NCBI GenBank assembly: GCA_003152105.1
Contig: PLZJ01000002.1
Span: 236,257 to 300,256 of the forward strand
Source of the DNA: Candidatus Levyibacteriota bacterium
Lineage (GTDB): Bacteria > Patescibacteriota > Microgenomatia > Levybacterales > UBA12049
Length of the DNA: 64,000 bases
Reading direction: 5' to 3'
The notes under the pieces are model-generated. The model did not search any database. It was not told the origin of the DNA and saw only the letters and a program-made list of their open reading frames with translations. Positions 50,488-58,578 of the stretch are shown here, in pieces (the first letter of the stretch is position 1; every line of letters starts with the position of its first letter). The translations under genes were made by a program, and so were the position numbers.

Positions 50488-51963
50488 ATGGATAATAAAT
50501 TACAACAAAACAATCAATTTTCACCCGTTATTGCCGTTGTAGGTCATGTTGACCACGGAAAGACCTCTCTTTTAGATGCAATACGAAATACTTCAGTAGC
50601 CTCAGGTGAGCATGGAGGCATTACGCAAAAGATTGGTGCTTCTCAAGTAGAAGTCGATCATGAGGGAAAAAAGCGATTTATAACACTAATTGATACTCCA
50701 GGGCATGCAGCTTTTTCGAGCATGAGAGGCAGAGGTGCCAGAGCGGCAGATATTGGCTTATTAGTTGTATCCTTAGCCGACGGTGTAAAGCCACAAACAA
50801 AAGAAAGCATAGAACTACTTAAGAATGCACAGATACCCTATATAGTCGTGTTTACTAAGGCAGATTTGCCTAATACTATTCCTGAAAAAGTAAAGCAAGA
50901 GTTACTTAGAGAAAATGTGATGCTTGAAGGATATGGAGGTAGTATTCCCTATATAGAAGTTTCTTCAGTTAGCGGCAAAAACATAAAAGAGCTTTTAGAG
51001 CTTATATTATTAAGTTTTGACATGATAGATAATACTCGTTCTGATTTAAACTCTTCAGCTTCACTTGAAGCTATTATAATTGAATCTAAACTAGATCCTA
51101 AAACCGGTTCAAAGGCAACAATTATTATAAAAAATGGCACAATCTCACTCAGAGACGAGATCATATGTGAAGGTGTGTTAGGAAAGGTAAAAAGCCTCCA
51201 AAATGATAAGGGTGTTAGTAAGCAAAGCGCAACTATTGGTGAGGCCGTTGAAGTTCTTGGATTTGAGAAGGTTCCGCCAGTTGGAGGAGTAGTTTATAAA
51301 AAAGGTCAGGAAAAGAAACAAGAACAAAAAGTGACTACAAATGTGCCGCAAATATCTCAAAATTTAACGCCAGAACAGCTTTTTATGGATGAAAAAACTA
51401 ATAGTTTGTCGCTTATTCTCTGCGCAGATACGCAAGGCTCACTTGAGGCCATTACACAGTCGTTATCTCCTGAAATAGTTATTGTGCTTGAAAAAACTGG
51501 AGATATTTCTGAAGCTGACGTTTTACTTGCAAAATCCACTGGAGCAATTTTACTAGGATTTAATATACGATTACGCCCAGAAGTTGTACGTTTGGCACAA
51601 ACTGAAAAGATTCTTATGAAAACATATAGGGTTATATATGAGTTAATAGACGAAGTGCATGATGTCATGGAAGGAAAAAGACTACAGGGTATTGATGAAG
51701 AGCTTGGAAAGGCAAAAATATTAGCGACATTTCCTTTTGAAAAACAAACCGTACTAGGCATAAAAGTGCTCGAAGGGAGGATCGCAAAAGGCGATAAAAT
51801 GAAGCTAATTCATGAAAATGATCATATTGGAGACGCAACAATAGCCTCACTACGGCAAGGTAAACAGCCTCTATCTAAAGTCGAAGTAGGTGCAGAGGCA
51901 GGTATAATTATCACTCCTCAACTTGACATTACTATAGGGGATATGGTAATATCCTACAGGTAA
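50488..51963 (+). CDS. infB: Translation initiation factor IF-2, minimal form (491 aa, no N-terminal extension)
   Basis: VIAVVGHVDHGKTSLLD only about 12 aa from the start, DTPGHAAF, TKAD, then the IF2 domain II-C2 pattern. An in-frame stop lies 2 codons upstream of the ATG. Confidence 0.85.
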   Translation: MDNKLQQNNQFSPVIAVVGHVDHGKTSLLDAIRNTSVASGEHGGITQKIGASQVEVDHEGKKRFITLIDTPGHAAFSSMRGRGARAADIGLLVVSLADGVKPQTKESIELLKNAQIPYIVVFTKADLPNTIPEKVKQELLRENVMLEGYGGSIPYIEVSSVSGKNIKELLELILLSFDMIDNTRSDLNSSASLEAIIIESKLDPKTGSKATIIIKNGTISLRDEIICEGVLGKVKSLQNDKGVSKQSATIGEAVEVLGFEKVPPVGGVVYKKGQEKKQEQKVTTNVPQISQNLTPEQLFMDEKTNSLSLILCADTQGSLEAITQSLSPEIVIVLEKTGDISEADVLLAKSTGAILLGFNIRLRPEVVRLAQTEKILMKTYRVIYELIDEVHDVMEGKRLQGIDEELGKAKILATFPFEKQTVLGIKVLEGRIAKGDKMKLIHENDHIGDATIASLRQGKQPLSKVEVGAEAGIIITPQLDITIGDMVISYR

Positions 51964-51969
51964 CAACTT

Positions 51970-53028
51970 ATGGATACTAGTGCATTTCAAAAAATCAACG
52001 ATTTACTCGAAAAGAACGATAAAGTAGCTATCGCTGTGGGTAAAAATCCTACTCTGGATGATATGGCAGCAGCCTTATCTTTATACCTCAGTTTTAAGCA
52101 AATTAATAAACAAGTTACTATTGTTTCTCCTACTAACCCAATAGTTGAGCTTTCAAATTTAGTGGGAATAGATAAAGTTAAATCGTCATTAGAAGGTGAT
52201 TCTGGAGATTTAATTGTTTCTTTTCCTTATCAAGATCGCCAAATAGAGAAAGTTTCTTATAACTTAGATGAAGAAGCTCACCAGCTACACATTATTGTAA
52301 AAGCAGGAGAAGCTGGATTACAGTTTGATGAAAAAGATGTGCAGTTTCGTAGAAGTGGTGGTTTACCAAAATTACTATTTATTTTAGGTACACAACGTCT
52401 AACAGAACTAGAATCGCTATTTGACGCAAACGCTTTGAAAGAAACAACAGTAGTTAATATTGATAATAATCAAGCAAATCAACGATTTGGTGAAATAGTT
52501 ATGGTTTCACCAGACTTTTCATCTTTGTCTGAACAAATAGGTAACTTATTAATGGTTCTTGATTTACCTATTGATCAAGATACTGCTCAAAATTTATTAG
52601 CTGGAATATCACAAGCTACTGAAAATTTTCAAAGTCCACAAACTAGCTACATAGCGTTTGAAATTGCAGCAATGCTTATGAGAAAAGGAGCAAAGAGAAC
52701 TCAAGGATATGCTCAAGCACGTGTTCAGCAACAAAATAGAGCTCCTTTTTCATCGCCACAGCCACAGCCACAACCACAACGACAGTCACCAGCTGAATTA
52801 CAGCAACGTTTATCTCAGGAGTTAAAAGCTATGCAACAACAACGAGGAGAACCAAGACGTGCGCAATTTCCTCAATCTAGACCAAATCAAAATACTATGC
52901 CAAATTCTCCACAACAGATAAATCCTATTCAACAACCAGTTCGTGGATCAGTACAAAATGATCAACAACCGGAACCACCATCAGATTGGTTAGAACCAAA
53001 AGTATATAAAGGCTCAACACCTCTTTAA
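51970..53028 (+). CDS. DHH/DHHA1-family (NrnA-like) protein with degenerate catalytic motifs and Q/P-rich C-terminal tail
   Basis: Aligns with the NrnA pattern, but motif I is LDDMAAA and the DHH motif is replaced by DNN (NIDNNQANQRFGEIVMVSPDFSS versus IDHHPN..GDLLWVDTSASS). The C-terminal roughly 100 aa are Q/P-rich low complexity. Sits at the position between infB and rpsO that nrnA occupies in Actinobacteria. Confidence 0.5.
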   Translation: MDTSAFQKINDLLEKNDKVAIAVGKNPTLDDMAAALSLYLSFKQINKQVTIVSPTNPIVELSNLVGIDKVKSSLEGDSGDLIVSFPYQDRQIEKVSYNLDEEAHQLHIIVKAGEAGLQFDEKDVQFRRSGGLPKLLFILGTQRLTELESLFDANALKETTVVNIDNNQANQRFGEIVMVSPDFSSLSEQIGNLLMVLDLPIDQDTAQNLLAGISQATENFQSPQTSYIAFEIAAMLMRKGAKRTQGYAQARVQQQNRAPFSSPQPQPQPQRQSPAELQQRLSQELKAMQQQRGEPRRAQFPQSRPNQNTMPNSPQQINPIQQPVRGSVQNDQQPEPPSDWLEPKVYKGSTPL

Positions 53029-53107
53029 AAAGTATAAGAAAGTTAAAGTATTTCCACAGACCATAACGTCTAAAGAATAATAAAATCACAATTTTAGATT
53101 CATATGC

Positions 53108-53136
53108 TTGCTTGAAGAAGGGGAACTTGCTATAAT
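53108..53136 (+). promoter_or_regulatory. Extended -10 promoter (TGcTATAAT) ending 6 nt before the rpsO start codon
   Basis: TTGCTT-17-TGCTATAAT. The ATG is at 53143, implying a leaderless or near-leaderless transcript. Confidence 0.4.
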
Positions 53137-53142
53137 ACTACT

Positions 53143-53412
53143 ATGTCATTAGATCCAACACAAAAACAAGACATTATAAAACAGTATCAAACCGTTGATG
53201 GGGATACTGGGAGTCCAGAAGTGCAAATAGCACTGCTTTCAACTAGAGTTAGTAGATTGACCGAGCATTTGAAATTACACGCTCATGATGTGCATAGTCG
53301 TAGAGGATTACTATCTATGATTGCAAAACGCAGACGTCTCATTTTCTTTTTATCAAAACTTGATAAGGCAAGAGCCTCATCGATATCCAAGAAAGTCGGA
53401 CTCAAAGACTAA
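53143..53412 (+). CDS. rpsO: 30S ribosomal protein S15
   Basis: MSLDPTQKQ...GDTGSPEVQIALLSTRVSRLTEHLKLHAHDVHSRRGLL matches S15 closely. Confidence 0.85.
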   Translation: MSLDPTQKQDIIKQYQTVDGDTGSPEVQIALLSTRVSRLTEHLKLHAHDVHSRRGLLSMIAKRRRLIFFLSKLDKARASSISKKVGLKD

Positions 53413-55673
53413 TGAAACAACCCCAAAAATTAATCGAAAAAAGCACTGAAATAGGAGGCAAAAAACTTACTCTACAAACAGGTAATCTAGCTTCTCAAGC
53501 AACTGCAGCTGTACTTGGAAGACTAGGAGATACTATGGTGCTTGTTACGGTAACTGCCGGATCAAAAACTGACCTTGGGTACTTTCCGCTTTCTGTCGAA
53601 TTCGTAGAGAGACTGTATGCTGGCGGTAAAATTAAAGGAAGTCGATGGGTTAAGCGAGAAGGTAGACCTTCAGACGAAGCTGTTTTATCTGGAAGACTGA
53701 TCGATCGATCTATTAGACCACTATTTCCAAAAGATTTCAAAAATGACGTACAAGTTGTATCAACAGTATTATCAGTTGATGGCGAGAATGAACCAGATAT
53801 CTTAGCAATGATTACTGTTTCTGCAGCTTTGGCAATGTCAAATATTCCATGGAATGGACCAATAAGCGCTGTGCGTATGGGTCTTACGAAAACTTCGGAT
53901 GAAAAGGTAGAATATAAAATAAACCCAGGTGGCGCAGAACTAGAACTATCAGAACTAGATTTAATCGTATCCCAAACAGAAGATAAAACTTTGATGCTAG
54001 AAGCTGGCGCAAAACAAGTTTCTGAAGCTCATATGCTTGAAGCCATAAAGCTAGCGCAAGTTGAAAATAAAAAAATGATTTCATTCATAAAAGAATTTGC
54101 AAAAGAAGCAGGATCAGAGAAAATCAAAGTTGAACCCGACACTATGTTACTGGAGATGAAAGCAGTTGTTGAAAAATCTTACAGTAGCGATATAGATAAG
54201 CTTATTGAGGCTCGAATTAATAAAGATTCCTCAAAAGAGCTACAAGATGAACTTATTACCAGAATTTTTGAAGAAGAAAACATGCGAAACCCCGAGGGAA
54301 AATATGATAAAAAATCAATCGCAAAAGCAGTAGAGGCAATATTTTTCAAAAAAATAAGACAAAATGTTCTAAAAAAAGGTATTCGACCTGATGGAAGAAA
54401 GGTTGATGAAATTAGACCAATCAGTGCAACAGTTGGCCTACTACCTAGAACACACGGTTCAGCAATTTTTCAAAGAGGAAATACGCAAGTATTAACCGTA
54501 GTAACATTAGGTTCTCCTAGGCTTGAATTGCTAATAGAATCTGCTGACGGTGAAGAAGCAAAACGCTACATACATCATTATTCAATGCCACCTTATTCTG
54601 TAGGTGAAACGGGAAGAATGGGAACTCCAAGTAGACGCGAAATCGGTCATGGAGCATTGGCAGAACGTGCCTTAGTAGGAGTAATTCCTTCTCAGGAGAA
54701 TTTCCCCTATACAATCAGAGTTGTGTCTGAAGTATTGTCTTCAAATGGTTCAACTTCAATGGCATCTACTTGCGGATCGACTCTAGCATTGATGGATGCA
54801 GGTGTACCAATAATTTCCCCTGTATCAGGAATATCAGTAGGCATGATGTCTGATGGAGATGATTATGTATTACTTACTGATATTCTCGGACTGGAAGATT
54901 TTTCAGGTGATATGGATTTTAAAGTTACTGGAACTGATAAAGGTATTACTGCTATTCAGCTAGATGTAAAAATACCGGGTTTAACAATTAAGCAAGTTGA
55001 AGAAACGCTAAAGAAAGCATATACAGGACGAATGTTTGTTCTAGAAAAAATGCTTGCTATATTGCCTAAATCAAGAACTGGTGTATCTGAATATGCTCCA
55101 AAAATAGAATTAGTAAAAATACCAGTTGAAAAAATTGGTGAACTTATTGGTCCAGGAGGGAAAACAATTAAAAATATTATTGCTCAAACCGGCGCAACTG
55201 TTGATGTTGAAGATGATGGTAATGTGGCAATATCTGGAACAGACGAGGCAAATGTTAAAAAAGCAGTAGATTGGGTAAAATCATTAACTCGAGAAGTGGT
55301 TATGGGTGAATCTTTTGAAGGTGAAGTTAAAAGAATATTACCATTTGGTGCATTTGTTGAAATTCTTCCTGGTAAAGAAGGAATGGTTCATGTGTCTCAA
55401 ATGTCAAATGATTTTGTAAAATCTCCTTCAGATGTAGTAAAAATTGGGGAAAAAGTAAAAGTTCGTGTAATTGAAATAGATGAACAAGGGAGAATAAATC
55501 TCAGCATGAAATCAGGCGACGCTCAAAGTTCTGGCGAACAACGCCCACAGAGAGAACAAAGAACTGAAAATCGAGAATTTCGTTCAAACGACCATCCATT
55601 ATCAAGACAACTTCGAAGAGAAAAAATGGAAAGTCAAAAATTACAACCTCGAGGAAGAAAAACTCATTATTAA
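53412..55673 (+). CDS. pnp: Polyribonucleotide nucleotidyltransferase (PNPase)
   Basis: Two RNase PH domains, then KH (GPGGKTIKNI) and S1 domains at the C-terminus. Overlaps the rpsO stop. Confidence 0.9.
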   Translation: MKQPQKLIEKSTEIGGKKLTLQTGNLASQATAAVLGRLGDTMVLVTVTAGSKTDLGYFPLSVEFVERLYAGGKIKGSRWVKREGRPSDEAVLSGRLIDRSIRPLFPKDFKNDVQVVSTVLSVDGENEPDILAMITVSAALAMSNIPWNGPISAVRMGLTKTSDEKVEYKINPGGAELELSELDLIVSQTEDKTLMLEAGAKQVSEAHMLEAIKLAQVENKKMISFIKEFAKEAGSEKIKVEPDTMLLEMKAVVEKSYSSDIDKLIEARINKDSSKELQDELITRIFEEENMRNPEGKYDKKSIAKAVEAIFFKKIRQNVLKKGIRPDGRKVDEIRPISATVGLLPRTHGSAIFQRGNTQVLTVVTLGSPRLELLIESADGEEAKRYIHHYSMPPYSVGETGRMGTPSRREIGHGALAERALVGVIPSQENFPYTIRVVSEVLSSNGSTSMASTCGSTLALMDAGVPIISPVSGISVGMMSDGDDYVLLTDILGLEDFSGDMDFKVTGTDKGITAIQLDVKIPGLTIKQVEETLKKAYTGRMFVLEKMLAILPKSRTGVSEYAPKIELVKIPVEKIGELIGPGGKTIKNIIAQTGATVDVEDDGNVAISGTDEANVKKAVDWVKSLTREVVMGESFEGEVKRILPFGAFVEILPGKEGMVHVSQMSNDFVKSPSDVVKIGEKVKVRVIEIDEQGRINLSMKSGDAQSSGEQRPQREQRTENREFRSNDHPLSRQLRREKMESQKLQPRGRKTHY

Positions 55674-55694
55674 TTTATTGCTCGTATTTTTTAG

Positions 55695-56855
55695 ATGGTG
55701 TATGATGGATTAATGGATCCACAGCAAACTAATCCTCCAGAAAATAATAACGATCAAGATCGAAATACAAACGCAAAATCAACTATGACTTCGCAGAGTG
55801 ACCCAAATAATATCCTAAACGAGTTAAAACATAAAATTGATAACGCAAATCTACCTTTAGAGTTAAAAAATAACTTGAATGAGCGAATAGCACGCCTTGA
55901 GTTATTGCGAAGTGGTAACGGAATTTCTACATCAAGTTATATTATTGAACTAGAAAATAGCATAACTTATATTAATTGGGTCTTATCACTTCCGTGGTTT
56001 GCGAAAAGTGAAGATTTGCTCGATCTTGTTCGAGCAAAACAAATTTTAGACAAGAATCACTACGCATTGCAAAATGTTAAGGACAGAATATTAGAATATT
56101 TAGCAGAAATTATATTAAATGCAAAAAATCATTCAGATGGAATTATACGATCTCCGGTTCTTTGTCTCATAGGGCTTGCAGGTACTGGAAAAACAACGCT
56201 CGGAGAGTCTATTGCGCAAAGTTTAGGAAGAAAGTTTGAGAGAATACCTTTTGGTGGAATGGGTGATGCAAGAGCTTTGAGAGGACAATCTCGAGCATTC
56301 CCAGACGCGGAACCTGGTTACATTATTAAAAAACTAGCCCATGCTAAAACAAAGAATGCTGTTATTTTATTAGATGAGTTAGATCGTGTAGCTGATTCAG
56401 CTCGAACTGATATTATGGGTGTACTCGTAGAATTGTTAGATCCAGAGCAAAATAAAGCATACACTGATCATTATATAGATTATCCGTTTGACTTATCTAA
56501 TGTGCTATTTGTTGCCACTGCAAATAATACGACAAATATTGCCACTGCAGTACTCGATAGATTAGAGATAATTCAAATGCCATCATATACCGATGAGGAA
56601 AAAGTTGTTATAGCTAAAAATTATCTATTTCCAAAATTACGAGCGCAAACAGGACTTGCGGTAAATCAATTAGAGATTGCCGATGATGTATGGGAAGGTA
56701 TTATCCGACCATTAGGATTTGATTCTGGTATTCGTAGTTTGCAACGTACAATTGAAGGAATTTGTAGAAAAGTTGCAAGAGAGATAGTTGAGGGAAAAAT
56801 TCAAACAATGGTAATTACAAACGGAAATCTTAAGGAATTTCTACAAACGTGGTAA
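55695..56855 (+). CDS. Lon-family AAA+ ATPase module without N-terminal (LAN) domain and without S16 peptidase domain
   Basis: YINWVLSLPW, ILDKNHYALQNVKDRILEYLA, Walker A GLAGTGKTTLGESIAQSLGRKFERIPFGGMGDARALRGQSRAF, Walker B AVILLDELDRV, VELLDPEQNKAYTDHYIDYPFDLSNVLFVATAN and SYTDEEKVVIAKNYLFPK are collinear with the central ATPase part of Lon. The protein ends where the protease domain would begin. The N-terminus is a short N/Q/D-rich tail. Confidence 0.65.
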   Translation: MVYDGLMDPQQTNPPENNNDQDRNTNAKSTMTSQSDPNNILNELKHKIDNANLPLELKNNLNERIARLELLRSGNGISTSSYIIELENSITYINWVLSLPWFAKSEDLLDLVRAKQILDKNHYALQNVKDRILEYLAEIILNAKNHSDGIIRSPVLCLIGLAGTGKTTLGESIAQSLGRKFERIPFGGMGDARALRGQSRAFPDAEPGYIIKKLAHAKTKNAVILLDELDRVADSARTDIMGVLVELLDPEQNKAYTDHYIDYPFDLSNVLFVATANNTTNIATAVLDRLEIIQMPSYTDEEKVVIAKNYLFPKLRAQTGLAVNQLEIADDVWEGIIRPLGFDSGIRSLQRTIEGICRKVAREIVEGKIQTMVITNGNLKEFLQTW

Positions 56856-58528
56856 AATACCCTGATATGCATAATTCGCTTTCTCTTATTCCATTAGGTG
56901 GTGTTGGTGATGTAACAAAAAACATGTACGTGTACGAAATGGAAGACGAAATCCTTCTTATTGATTGTGGATTAGGGTTTGCTAACGACAGTATGCCAGG
57001 TGTTGATTTACTACTACCAGATATTTCTTATTTGCAAAGTGTTAATAAAAAAATTGTGGGTATGGTTATTACTCATGGACATGAAGATCATATGGGAGGA
57101 TTGCCTTTTATATTGCCTCAATTGCCAAATTTTCCTATTTATGCTTCACCGCTCACTGCAGCGCTTGCAAACGAAAAGCTTAAAGAATTTGGTAATCCGA
57201 CAAAAGTTCAAGCTATATCATTTGCCCAAAAAGAACTAACTATCGGAAAATTTACAATTTCACTTATTCGCGTAACGCACTCAGTACCAGATACTGCACA
57301 CATACTCATTAAAACTCCAGTAGGATATTTTTACCATGGTAGCGATTTTAAATTTGATTTGACTCCTGCAGATGGTAAGAAAACCGATTTGCTAAAAATT
57401 GCCAGAACTGGGGAGTTGAATGTAAGATGCTTACTTTCAGATTGCTTAGGTTCTGAACGGGAAGGACATACACCTTCAGAAATAACATTGACAGAAAATA
57501 TAGAACAAGAAATGAGGATTTGTGAAGGGAAGTTTATTATAACTACCTATTCGTCTAATATTTCACGACTTAACCAAGCAATAGAAGTTGCGGAAAAAAT
57601 GGGAAGACAAATTTGTTTTATTGGTAGATCATTAATTAGAGCAAAAGAAGTTGCCAAAAATTTGGGCTATTTAAAGATAAAAGCAGGAATTGAGGTAACA
57701 CCAGAGCAAGCGAAGAAAATTCCAGATAACAAACTTATGTTACTTGTCGCAGGTTCTCAAGGTCAACAAGGTAGTGCAATGAATAGGATCGCTGAAGATG
57801 AACATAAAGATATTAAGCTTCGAAGTAAGGATGTAGTATTATTTTCATCTGATCCTATTCCCGGAAATGAAATTGCAGTGAATATGTTAATAGATGCAAT
57901 TGTTAAAAAAGGTGCAAAAGCAGTGTATTCTGATTCAGCAAGTAAGTATCATGTTTCAGGGCATGGAGCTGCCTTGGAACTTAAACTGCTTATGTCTTTA
58001 GTAAAAGCAAAAACAGTGCTTCCAATTGGAGGAACTTATAGACAAATGGTAGTTTATAAAAAATTAGCAAAAGAACTAGGATATGAAGATAAAAATATTT
58101 TACTTCTTGAAGATGGGCAGGAAATGATATTTACTAATACCTCAATGCATCTTGGTAAAAAAGTACCATCACGCTTTGTATATGTTGATGAAATAAGCGG
58201 GGAAGAGGTTGAAAGTTTTATTTTACGTGATCGAAAAAGGATTTCAAAAGAAGGCATAGTAATTGCTATGACACAAATTGATTCTGAAACTGGTAATATC
58301 TTAGAAACTCCAGATGTAATAATTCGTGGATTCAAAGTTGATTCGCAAGCTCACGCAAAATTAGTTGAACATATCACAAAAGATTTAAAAAGTAATATAG
58401 GTAAACGAAAAACGCGAATTATTGATTGGATTCATATCAGAAAGCAAATTAGTGACATAGTAGAAAAGCAATTTTTTAAGCAGTTTAAGAGAAGACCTCT
58501 TGTTTTGCCAATAGTTGTTGAGGTTTAG
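56849..58528 (+). CDS. rnj: Ribonuclease J (metallo-beta-lactamase/beta-CASP)
   Basis: LIPLGGVGDVTKNMYVYE...LLIDCGLGF, ITHGHEDHMGG, and beta-CASP and C-terminal domains. Overlaps the Lon-like gene by 7 nt. Confidence 0.85.
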   Translation: MVKYPDMHNSLSLIPLGGVGDVTKNMYVYEMEDEILLIDCGLGFANDSMPGVDLLLPDISYLQSVNKKIVGMVITHGHEDHMGGLPFILPQLPNFPIYASPLTAALANEKLKEFGNPTKVQAISFAQKELTIGKFTISLIRVTHSVPDTAHILIKTPVGYFYHGSDFKFDLTPADGKKTDLLKIARTGELNVRCLLSDCLGSEREGHTPSEITLTENIEQEMRICEGKFIITTYSSNISRLNQAIEVAEKMGRQICFIGRSLIRAKEVAKNLGYLKIKAGIEVTPEQAKKIPDNKLMLLVAGSQGQQGSAMNRIAEDEHKDIKLRSKDVVLFSSDPIPGNEIAVNMLIDAIVKKGAKAVYSDSASKYHVSGHGAALELKLLMSLVKAKTVLPIGGTYRQMVVYKKLAKELGYEDKNILLLEDGQEMIFTNTSMHLGKKVPSRFVYVDEISGEEVESFILRDRKRISKEGIVIAMTQIDSETGNILETPDVIIRGFKVDSQAHAKLVEHITKDLKSNIGKRKTRIIDWIHIRKQISDIVEKQFFKQFKRRPLVLPIVVEV

Positions 58529-58578
58529 TGAATTCAAATTGACTTGTCGAATACTTTTATTCGCCATATAATACTAAT

